Source of the DNA: an archaeon
GTDB lineage: Archaea; Nanobdellota; Nanobdellia; Pacearchaeales; GW2011-AR1
Direction of reading: 5' to 3'
Assembly (NCBI GenBank): GCA_043797265.1
Contig: JAZDPV010000016.1
Span: 1-61,282 of the forward strand
Length of the DNA: 61,282 bases
The translations under genes were made by a program, and so were the position numbers. Below the pieces are notes generated by a model that was not told where the DNA came from, ran no database searches, and saw only the letters and a list, made by a program, of their open reading frames with translations. Below, piece after piece: positions 34,790 to 41,848 of this stretch. Within the stretch, counting starts at the first letter, position 1, and each line of letters starts with the position of its first letter.

Positions 34790-35200
34790 ATGAGAGTTGT
34801 TTTGATTTCTTGTGTGAGTAAAAAATTAGACGAAAAAGCGAAGGTTAAAGATTTGTATATTAGTTCTCTCTTTAGATATAATTTGAGATATGCTTGTTTG
34901 TTGAAACCTGATAAGATTTTTGTTCTTTCTGCGAAGTATGGGCTCGTTGGTTTAGATGAGGAGATTGAACCATATGATAAAACTTTAAATGGGATGAACA
35001 GCGTCGAGAAAAAGAAATGGGCGGATGATGTTTTTGTTCAATTAAGTAATGAGATTGATGTTGATAGGGATGAGGTGATTTTTTTGGCGGGAGAGAATTA
35101 TAGAAAATATTTAATTGAGAGAGTGAAAAATTTTAGAATTCCCCTGAAAGGATTGGGTATTGGGAGGCAGTTAAAATTTTTAAAGGAGAATGTGACATGA
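34790..35200 (+). CDS. conserved hypothetical protein (DUF6884-like)
   Basis: 'VVLISCVSKK...DLYISSLF...FVLSAKYGL...IEPYDKTL'. Stop is ATGA-overlapped with the next gene. Confidence 0.4.
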   Translation: MRVVLISCVSKKLDEKAKVKDLYISSLFRYNLRYACLLKPDKIFVLSAKYGLVGLDEEIEPYDKTLNGMNSVEKKKWADDVFVQLSNEIDVDRDEVIFLAGENYRKYLIERVKNFRIPLKGLGIGRQLKFLKENVT

Positions 35201-35853
35201 GTGAAATATGCAAAGAGTTGCATTTGATTTTTAATGAGATGAAAAGGTTTCGTTTCCCTTTTAATGAGAATAAGATTCCTTTGAATGGGATTTATGTTTT
35301 GTTTGAAAATGGAGAGGAGACGCATGGGGGAAATAGAATTGTCAGGGTCGGGACGCATACGGGAGTTAATCAATTGAGGTCGAGGATTAGACAACATTTT
35401 GTTAACGAGAATAAAGACCGAAGTATTTTCAGGAAGAATATTGGTCGGGCGTTGCTCAGTAAAAATAAGGATTTGTTTTTGGAAGATTGGGAGAAGGATT
35501 TGACGACGAGAAAGGCGAAAGAAAAATTTTCTGAGACAATTGATTTTGAGAAACGGAAGGCGGTCGAGAAACTTGTGACGGATTGTCTTAGAAAAAATTT
35601 CAGTTTTGTTGTTTTCGGGGTTGGTGATAAAGATAAGCGACTTGAATTTGAGTCGAAAATTATTTCTACGATTTCGTTGTGTGATGAATGTCGTGCTTCT
35701 AAAAATTGGCTTGGAAATTTTTCTCCGAAAACGAAGATAAGAGAGAGTGGGTTGTGGTTGGTTAATGAATTGTATAAAGATGGGTTTGATGAGGATGGTT
35801 TTAGGGAGTTTGTGAAGGAGTTGAAGTTGAGCGTATCTGATGGGAGTTTGTAA
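35197..35853 (+). CDS. GIY-YIG-like nuclease-domain protein
   Basis: 'NGIYVLFENGE...RIVRVGTH...LRSRIRQH'. The second motif is divergent (RVG in place of YIG). Confidence 0.45.
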   Translation: MSEICKELHLIFNEMKRFRFPFNENKIPLNGIYVLFENGEETHGGNRIVRVGTHTGVNQLRSRIRQHFVNENKDRSIFRKNIGRALLSKNKDLFLEDWEKDLTTRKAKEKFSETIDFEKRKAVEKLVTDCLRKNFSFVVFGVGDKDKRLEFESKIISTISLCDECRASKNWLGNFSPKTKIRESGLWLVNELYKDGFDEDGFREFVKELKLSVSDGSL

Positions 35854-35889
35854 TTTGGTTGATGTAACTTTATTGCAACTATAAAGAAC

Positions 35890-35932
35890 ATGGATGAGGC
35901 ATGGATTACACGGATAACGTGGATTTAAAAAA
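35890..35932 (+). repeat. degenerate CACGGAT-type 3'-flank element
   Basis: CATGGATGAGGCATGGATTACACGGATAACGTGGATTTAAAAAA. Confidence 0.5.
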
Positions 35933-35944
35933 GGAAATTAGAAT

Positions 35945-35956
35945 ATTTTATAAAAT
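35945..35956 (+). promoter_or_regulatory. TATA-box-like element upstream of the hydrogenase operon
   Basis: ATTTTATAAAAT lies ~20 nt before the ATG at 35976. Confidence 0.45.
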
Positions 35957-35975
35957 AAGGATTGTTTAGGTTTGA

Positions 35976-36449
35976 ATGGTGAAGAAACTGAAGGTTGGGT
36001 TTTTTTCGTTTACGTGTTGTGAGGGGTGCGTGGTTTCGTTTTTGGAAATTTTGAATGAGAAGTTTTTTGAATGGCGGGACAAGGTTGATATTTTGTATTT
36101 GCGGGCGCTGAAAAAGGACGGGGAGATTGCGCCGATGGATGTTGCGTTTGTCGAGGGTGCGGTGTCGACGGAGAGCGAGGTCCGGAAGTTGAAGTTGATT
36201 CGAAAGAACGCGGGGAAGTTGGTCGCGATTGGGAGTGGGGCGATTAATGGATGGCCGTCGAATTTTAGGAATAATTTTAAGGGCGAGAAAAAAAAGAGGG
36301 TGGATGTTTTAGTGAAGAAGATGGGGCAGATTAAGAAAGTTTTGCCGTTGAAGGATGTCGTGAAAGTTGATGATGAGGTGCCGGGTTGCCCGATTGACGA
36401 AAAGATTTTTATCGAGAAGATGGAGAGGTTGATGGGGGGTAGGGGGTAG
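35976..36449 (+). CDS. [NiFe]-hydrogenase small subunit, short group-3 (delta-like) form
   Basis: 'FFSFTCCEGC' and 'VPGCPID'. Only 157 aa, with only proximal-cluster-type Cys residues visible. Confidence 0.75.
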   Translation: MVKKLKVGFFSFTCCEGCVVSFLEILNEKFFEWRDKVDILYLRALKKDGEIAPMDVAFVEGAVSTESEVRKLKLIRKNAGKLVAIGSGAINGWPSNFRNNFKGEKKKRVDVLVKKMGQIKKVLPLKDVVKVDDEVPGCPIDEKIFIEKMERLMGGRG

Positions 36450-36488
36450 GGGGTAGGGGGTAGATGGTAGGGGGTAGGAGGTAGGGAG
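36440..36488 (+). repeat. TAG-heptamer array x7 (TAGGGGG-type) containing the small-subunit stop codon
   Basis: TAGs at 36440, 36447 (the stop codon), 36454, 36461, 36468, 36475 and 36482. Confidence 0.9.
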
Positions 36489-36498
36489 AGGAAAAAAT

Positions 36499-37266
36499 TG
36501 GAGGAGAAAATGCATAAGTTTGATTTGGATTTGAAGAATAGTAAAATATTTAAATCTATGAATATTAATTGTATTAGCGCTTTTCGGAGCGTGAGTATAT
36601 CCCCCGGTGATCTTTTGGGGTTGCCGGATGATTTTATTTTTTTTGGAGTGTGTTTTTAATGGAAGATGTTGTGGTTTTTGTTGATGATGGTTTTTTTGGA
36701 TTGGTAAAAAAACATTTTCAAAAAGAAACTAAGAAGAGGGGTTGTTTTCTTCAGACTTTTAGAAATATTTGTAAAAATGAAAATTTAAATTTGAAACATT
36801 TATTTTTTTATACTGCGCCTCCTTATCAAAATAAAATTTCTGATAATAAAGAAGATTTTTTAAAAAAGAAATATGATCTTTTGGTAAAGATGTTGAAAAA
36901 TAAGAAGTGGATTACGGTTCGAGAGGGAAGATGCCAGCGATTGAAAATAGGTGATGAATTTAAATATTTTCAAAAGGGTGTTGATTCTTGGATAGTTGCT
37001 GATATGTGTTTAATGAAAGAAGATTTCCCGGAAGTTAAGAAAATAATTTTGATTTCTTCTGATTCAGATTTTGCTCCGATAATTAAATATCTTAAGGAAA
37101 GAAATAAGTTTGAGGTGATATTGTATACTTATTTTGATAAGAAGAGAAATAGTTGTTTTTCTCTAAGTAATTATCTTTTGCAAGCTTGTTCTAAGTGGGT
37201 TAGAATGACCAGCTCTTTTTTTAATGGAGGAGAAAATGCATAAGTTTGATTTGGATTTGAAGAATA
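36499..37266 (+). mobile_element. NYN-gene cassette with perfect 42-bp flanking direct repeats
   Basis: TGGAGGAGAAAATGCATAAGTTTGATTTGGATTTGAAGAATA occurs at 36499..36540 and 37225..37266. The repeat holds the RBS and first 10 codons of the hydrogenase large subunit. Confidence 0.8.
36659..37243 (+). CDS. NYN-domain (LabA/DUF88-like) predicted RNase
   Basis: 'VVVFVDDGFF', 'KGVDSWIVADM' and 'ILISSDSDFAPII'. The ATG is TAATG-overlapped with a 49-aa leader ORF (36510..36659) that begins at the stranded hydrogenase start. Confidence 0.75.
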   Translation: MEDVVVFVDDGFFGLVKKHFQKETKKRGCFLQTFRNICKNENLNLKHLFFYTAPPYQNKISDNKEDFLKKKYDLLVKMLKNKKWITVREGRCQRLKIGDEFKYFQKGVDSWIVADMCLMKEDFPEVKKIILISSDSDFAPIIKYLKERNKFEVILYTYFDKKRNSCFSLSNYLLQACSKWVRMTSSFFNGGENA

Positions 37267-38525
37267 TTTCGAAGATTGAGGGACACACGCACATGAGTGT
37301 GAAGGCTCGGGATGGGAAAGTTGTCGAGTGCAAGTTGAGGATTGACGAGAACAAGAGATTTTTTACCGACGCTGTTGCTGGGTTGAGTTACGACAAGGTT
37401 CCGGCGACGATGTCGCGGATTTGCGGGACGTGCAGTTCGGCGCACGTTTTGTGTTCGATTGAGGCGATTGAGAAAGGGTTTGGGGTTGAGGTTTCGGAAC
37501 AGACGAAGAGGTTGAGGAATTTACTGATTAATGCGAGTCATCTTCGGGACCACGCGATGCATTTGTATTTTTTTGTTTTGCCTGATGTGTTCGGGGTTGA
37601 TTCGGTTTTGGATTTTGGGAACAAGTTGCATGGGTGGATTCATTATGGGCTGGATGTGAAGGCGGCGGGAAATTATTTGGCGACGGTGATTGGGGGGCGA
37701 GCGGTTCATCCGCCGTTTGCTGTCGTCGGTGGATTTACGAGTTTTCCGAAGCGGGGGGAAATTAATGAGGCGATTGAAAAGCTGGGAGATGTTAGGAAGA
37801 AAATTATTATGTTGATTGATTTGCTTTACAAGAAGCGGGATGGTTGGGTTTTTAATCGGAAGACGAATTATGTCGGGTTGGTTAATGATAATTATAATTT
37901 TTTGGAGGGGAAGATTCGGACGGCGATGGGGAGCGAGATTGAGGAGCGGGATTTTGGCGAGCATCTTGAGAGGGTTGTGCTTCCGTATTCGCACGCGACG
38001 GGATTTGAGTTTGAGAGTGAGGAGTATTTGGTCGGGGCGTTGGCGAGGATGAATATTAACAAGGATAAACTGAATGAACGGACGAAGAAAGATGCCGAGA
38101 AATATTTGGGCGTTTTCCCGTCGGTGAATGTGTTTGATAATAATTTGGCGCAGGCGATTGAGATGCTGAACATTGTTGATAATTCTTTGAGGATGCTGGC
38201 GGTTCCGATTGATGAAGAGAAGATTGTGAAGGTTGTGCCGAGAGCAGCGACGGGAGTTGGGGTGATTGAGGCGCCTCGGGGAACTTTGTATTATCGGCTG
38301 GATTTTGACGAGAAGGGAATTGTGACTTTCGCGGACTTGTGCATTCCGACGCAGCAGAATATTATTCATATGGAGAATTCGATTGGGGCTTATGTTGAGT
38401 TATTGTTGAAGAAGAATTTAGATAAAGAGAAGATTGGTTTTGAAGTTGAGAAAATGATTCGGGCTTATGACCCGTGCATGAGTTGTGCGGCGCATTTTTT
38501 GGAAGTTGAGTGGGACGCCTCTTAA
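37236..38525 (+). CDS. [NiFe]-hydrogenase large subunit (group 3-like)
   Basis: N-terminal 'RICGTCSSAH' and C-terminal 'DPCMSCAAH'. Start trimmed to MHKFDLDLKN. Confidence 0.9.
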   Translation: MHKFDLDLKNISKIEGHTHMSVKARDGKVVECKLRIDENKRFFTDAVAGLSYDKVPATMSRICGTCSSAHVLCSIEAIEKGFGVEVSEQTKRLRNLLINASHLRDHAMHLYFFVLPDVFGVDSVLDFGNKLHGWIHYGLDVKAAGNYLATVIGGRAVHPPFAVVGGFTSFPKRGEINEAIEKLGDVRKKIIMLIDLLYKKRDGWVFNRKTNYVGLVNDNYNFLEGKIRTAMGSEIEERDFGEHLERVVLPYSHATGFEFESEEYLVGALARMNINKDKLNERTKKDAEKYLGVFPSVNVFDNNLAQAIEMLNIVDNSLRMLAVPIDEEKIVKVVPRAATGVGVIEAPRGTLYYRLDFDEKGIVTFADLCIPTQQNIIHMENSIGAYVELLLKKNLDKEKIGFEVEKMIRAYDPCMSCAAHFLEVEWDAS

Positions 38526-38560
38526 AATAATAGAGAATTGATGACTTGTTATATAAGTAA

Positions 38561-38599
38561 AATGGCACACGGACTAACGCGGAATTAACACGGATTTTG
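38561..38599 (+). repeat. CACGGAT-type 3'-flank element
   Basis: AATGGCACACGGACTAACGCGGAATTAACACGGATTTTG. Overlaps the 3' end of the convergent protease gene. Confidence 0.55.
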
Positions 38600-38965
38600 T
38601 CTTAGGGTTGTTGAGATTTGTTTTAATGCTTCGGATTTGGAGATGTTCATTGGTATTCCAATAATTATTACTGAATCTATTTTTCCGACTTTCTTTAATA
38701 GTTTTAAGTTGAGGGCGAGGTCGAAGTCGTGCATTGAGTAGAGTTTGTTGGTTTTGAGTTTGTCGATGTCGTCGATGATTGTGATTTTTTTTATTCCTTT
38801 GATTGTGTCTAAGATGATTAAGTTTTTTCCTTGTTTGTCGAGGTCTTCGGTTGGGTCGATTTCTTTGAATTGGATGTTTGGGAATTTTAGTTTTAGGATT
38901 GGGAGAATTTTTAGGGGGAGGGAATCTTGTTTAAGCAGCGGGTTGCCGAAGACGAGAATTTTCAT
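38585..38965 (-). CDS. hydrogenase maturation endopeptidase (HycI/FrhD-like)
   Basis: 'ILVFGNPLLKQD', 'LIILDT' and 'SMHDFDL'. Confidence 0.65.
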   Translation of the reverse strand: MKILVFGNPLLKQDSLPLKILPILKLKFPNIQFKEIDPTEDLDKQGKNLIILDTIKGIKKITIIDDIDKLKTNKLYSMHDFDLALNLKLLKKVGKIDSVIIIGIPMNISKSEALKQISTTLRQNPC

Positions 38966-39290
38966 GTTGGTGTATGTATTTAGAAAGTTCTTGTTTTGTC
39001 ATTGTATCGACGGGGAGTCCGGCGTGGAGAATTACATATTCTTCTAATTGGATTGGAAGATGAATTCCTTTTTGTTTTAATATTTCAAGAAAACTTGGGG
39101 AGATTGCTCTTGATATTTTTGGGTCGGTGATATGATATGCTACTGCTTTATGAATTTCTTGCGTTGAGTTCTGGTTGTGTTCGCCGAGCATGTATTTTCT
39201 TATTTCGTCGTCGGTTGAATTGGGATTTATTTTTGTTGTTCTGTGATTCCCCCTGCAACAAGATGTGTAGTTTTTGTAAAGTTGGCTCAT
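38931..39290 (-). CDS. hypothetical protein
   Basis: 119-aa ORF overlapping the protease start by 35 nt. No motif recognised. Confidence 0.3.
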   Translation of the reverse strand: MSQLYKNYTSCCRGNHRTTKINPNSTDDEIRKYMLGEHNQNSTQEIHKAVAYHITDPKISRAISPSFLEILKQKGIHLPIQLEEYVILHAGLPVDTMTKQELSKYIHQHENSRLRQPAA

Positions 39291-40019
39291 TTAATTGTAT
39301 CGTTGGAATATTAATAAACCTTTCTCATCTCTTATGTAAATTGTGTCGCCGTCGTCATTCCAAATATGGGAAGTTGTTTTTGTGAGTTGCGATTTCGGAT
39401 TTAGGATTTCGTTGTAGATATGGTTGGCGTCGTCTTTGAATGTGATATTTAGGATTTTGTCGCAGGTGTTTTGGAGGATTAGAATTTCTGGTTCGTCGGT
39501 TTGGAATTTTATGATTTCGATGCAGTTGGCGTCGGGTGATTTTTGCCAGAGAGCTTTTTGGTTTAGGCGCGCGAATTCTTCGGCCTGTTTTAGTTTTTCG
39601 TAGTAGTTGTCTTTTTCGTAATAGTATAGCGTCGCCAAACCTTGTTTCAGGATTTGCTCGTTGATGTTTACTCTCACAGATTTAAGTTTTTTATAGGTTG
39701 GGGCAGGCTCTTTGTCGTCGAGGAAAATGTATGCGAGGGTTCGGCCGTATTTGTCGGTGCCATAGATTTTGGTTTTGACTGATTTGTTTTGGATTTGTTG
39801 AGATAGGAAGTTAGTTGCTTCGGTGTAGAATGGCTGGGATTTTTCGGGAGTGTTGATGCCGAGGAGACGGATTTGGATGTTGGTTGATGTTTCGATTGTG
39901 TCGCCGTCGATAACTCTTGTGATTTGGAATGTTTGAGTTTGGGTCGGGTCGGTGATGTGGTAGTAGAAAATTGCGGAGGTGAAAAATAAAATTAGGATTA
40001 TTAATGATTTTTTGTTCAT
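39291..40019 (-). CDS. secreted staphylococcal-nuclease (SNase) homolog with a C-terminal lamin-tail-like domain
   Basis: N-terminal TM/signal. 'VIDGDTIE...IRLLGINTPE...DKYGRTLAYIF'. The C-terminal beta-rich region 'IEIIKFQTDEPEILILQN...NDDGDTIYIRD' is LTD-like. Confidence 0.7.
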   Translation of the reverse strand: MNKKSLIILILFFTSAIFYYHITDPTQTQTFQITRVIDGDTIETSTNIQIRLLGINTPEKSQPFYTEATNFLSQQIQNKSVKTKIYGTDKYGRTLAYIFLDDKEPAPTYKKLKSVRVNINEQILKQGLATLYYYEKDNYYEKLKQAEEFARLNQKALWQKSPDANCIEIIKFQTDEPEILILQNTCDKILNITFKDDANHIYNEILNPKSQLTKTTSHIWNDDGDTIYIRDEKGLLIFQRYN

Positions 40020-40068
40020 ATTGATTTAAGTTGGAAAGGTTTAAAAGTGTAATTTTTGTTTGTGTCGT

Positions 40069-40377
40069 ATGACAAAGGTCCGGATAAAATTGCAGAGCGT
40101 CGAGATTGACAAGTTGAATGAGGTCATCGAGCGGATTAGCACGATTGCGAGCGGGGCGGGGATTCCGATTTCAGGACCGATACCGTTGCCGACGAAAAGG
40201 TTGAGGATTACGACGCGGAAGTCGCCGTGCGGGAATGGGACCGCGACGTTTGACAGGTATGAGATGAGGATTCATAAAAGGATTATTGATTTGCCGGCGA
40301 ACGACAAGATTTTGCATAATATCATGAGGATTAATATTCCGAGGACGGTCAAGATAAAGATTGAGATGGTTGATTGA
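40069..40377 (+). CDS. rps10: 30S ribosomal protein uS10
   Basis: 'RIKLQS...ISGPIPLPTKRLRITTRKSPCGNGTATFDRYEMRIHKRIIDL'. Confidence 0.9.
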   Translation: MTKVRIKLQSVEIDKLNEVIERISTIASGAGIPISGPIPLPTKRLRITTRKSPCGNGTATFDRYEMRIHKRIIDLPANDKILHNIMRINIPRTVKIKIEMVD

Positions 40378-40394
40378 AAATCGGAGATTTTCAG

Positions 40395-40436
40395 TAGTTG
40401 GTAGTAATTAGTTTTTAGTTAGTAGTGTTAGGTAAT
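40395..40436 (+). repeat. TAG-heptamer array x5-6 (TAGTNNN) downstream of rps10
   Basis: TAGTTGG TAGTAAT TAGTTTT TAGTTAG TAGTGTT AGGTAAT. Confidence 0.8.
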
Positions 40437-40519
40437 TTTTTAAAGTTGGGTTGATGATTGATAATAAGCCCGTGTCGCATAAAGTAACATCGAAGATGTT
40501 TCATGGATGCAACTCGGAT

Positions 40520-40628
40520 GCCCGTGTCGCATAGTGGTATTGCATACCCCTTCGGGGCACGAGAACCTGCTCATAAATTCGCAGGCAAGACTGGAAATCT
40601 TGGTCCTTCGGGACGCCCAGGTTCAATT
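40520..40628 (+). pseudogene. truncated tRNA-Ser(GGA) copy with a 41-nt insertion after the D arm
   Basis: Matches the intact gene from position 1 to the T loop. It lacks the T-stem 3' strand and acceptor 3' strand. The insert is TACCCCTTCGGGGCACGAGAACCTGCTCATAAATTCGCAGG. A further 14-nt 5' fragment lies at 40468..40481. Confidence 0.6.
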
Positions 40629-40681
40629 TGTAATTTGCATTTACAACAATTTTAAAAAGTGATTTATTTTAGGTTGGATGA

Positions 40682-40762
40682 GCCCGTATCGCATAGTGGT
40701 ATTGCACAAGACTGGAAATCTTGGTCCTTCGGGACACCCAGGTTCAATTCCTGGTGCGGGCG
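40682..40762 (+). tRNA. tRNA-Ser (GGA), class II with a long variable arm
   Basis: Folds as GCCCGTA-TC-GCAT..TTGC-A-CAAGA-CTGGAAA-TCTTG-[GTCCTTCGGGACAC]-CCAGG-TTCAATT-CCTGG-TGCGGGC-G. Confidence 0.85.
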
Positions 40763-40774
40763 TATGGAGGTAAG

Positions 40775-40939
40775 ATGGATAGGGAAAATATAGAGTTGGC
40801 CAAGGAGCATATTGAGTTGGCTGGGGAATTAATTGAGAAAGAGGCGGTTGATGTCGAGGGGGAGAAGCGTGAGATTTTGAGGAAGAGTGTTTTTGACTTG
40901 GAGAAGGCCGGGGCTGAGCTTGAAGAGGGTGCGGATTAA
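40775..40939 (+). CDS. small acidic helical protein (54 aa)
   Basis: Trimmed from ORF 40721, whose 5' part overlaps the tRNA-Ser gene. Confidence 0.4.
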   Translation: MDRENIELAKEHIELAGELIEKEAVDVEGEKREILRKSVFDLEKAGAELEEGAD

Positions 40940-41048
40940 TTTAAGTTTGAATTTAGGACGCGGATGTCGGGGCTGTAGAGATTAACTTTGTCGCCTTCGT
41001 CAAGATAGAATTCTATGAATTTTTGTGGTTGTTTTTTTTCAGGATTTT
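40936..41048 (-). pseudogene. displaced, frameshifted 3'-end remnant of the XPD-like helicase gene
   Basis: 41 nt (40955..40995) are identical to 41706..41746. 40996..41048 is about 90% identical to 41796..41848. Relative to the intact gene it has a 51-nt gap and a 1-nt deletion. Confidence 0.75.
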
Positions 41049-41848
41049 GATGCTGAGAAATTTGTTAGGTCTTTGATAAATTCTGTATTTATTATTTGTG
41101 TGGATGAGGCTACTTTTTTTAGATGGTATGAAATTGATTTTTTGTTTCCAATTGCTACGTATATTATTTTTTTGTTGAGCCTGTTGATTATTGATGAGAT
41201 AACGCTTGAGAAGTCGCCGTCGTTTGATATCAGGAAAGCTTTGTCGTAATTATTGTTTATGGCGTCGAAGATTAAATCTTGTGCTATGTTTATATCTGTT
41301 GCTTTTTCTATGTAGAATGTTTTGTTGTCTTTTTTGTGTTTTTCTAATCTGCCGAATATTATTTTTAGTTTTTCTATTTTTCTTATTTTTTCGAAGAAGC
41401 GTTGTTGTTCTGCATACATTTTTGGGTTTGATTCTCCCACTGGAGAGATGTAATAATTAATTTTGACTAACTTGTATTTTTTTGCGAGTTTTTTGCAGAA
41501 TTTTTCTATGTCGATTTTTTGGTTAAAAGTTTTCTTAATGGAAAAATAAAAATTATTTCCGTCGATATATATTATCACTTTTTTCTTATCAGAATTCATA
41601 TTATAAAAAACATGGGGTTAGTTTCCTATCCCCATGGTGTTAATTAATGTTGATAATTATTTAGAGTTATTAAATCTTTCTGTTGTTGCTATTTGATTTG
41701 CGTTGAGGACGCGGATGTCGGGGCTGTAGAGATTAACTTTGTCGCCCTTGAATCGGATGCCTCTTGCGATTTTTTGATAGAGGTCTCGTCGGGCTTTGTC
41801 GAGATAGAATTCCATGAATTTTTGTGGTTGTTCTTTTTTTAGGATTTT
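40955..41848 (-). mobile_element. NYN-gene cassette flanked by duplicated helicase 3'-end sequence
   Basis: The intact helicase C-terminus (41657..41848) and the remnant (40936..41048) bracket a hairpin plus the NYN gene. Confidence 0.7.
41039..41599 (-). CDS. NYN-domain (LabA/DUF88-like) predicted RNase
   Basis: 'VIIYIDGNNFY', 'KATDINIAQDL' and 'FLISNDGDFSSVI'. Its last codons run into the duplicated helicase sequence. Confidence 0.75.
   Translation of the reverse strand: MNSDKKKVIIYIDGNNFYFSIKKTFNQKIDIEKFCKKLAKKYKLVKINYYISPVGESNPKMYAEQQRFFEKIRKIEKLKIIFGRLEKHKKDNKTFYIEKATDINIAQDLIFDAINNNYDKAFLISNDGDFSSVISSIINRLNKKIIYVAIGNKKSISYHLKKVASSTQIINTEFIKDLTNFSASKS

Noticed and set aside
36440-36488. 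Heptamer arrays as telomere-like repeats or assembly/adaptor artefacts.
   Set aside because: They are internal and occur in many sequence variants. They are in frame when inside conserved genes and have unique sequence on both sides. An artefact cannot be fully excluded without reads.
40721-40774. N-terminal extension of ORF 40721..40939.
   Set aside because: The extension is the tRNA-Ser gene read as protein. The ORF was trimmed to the ATG at 40775.
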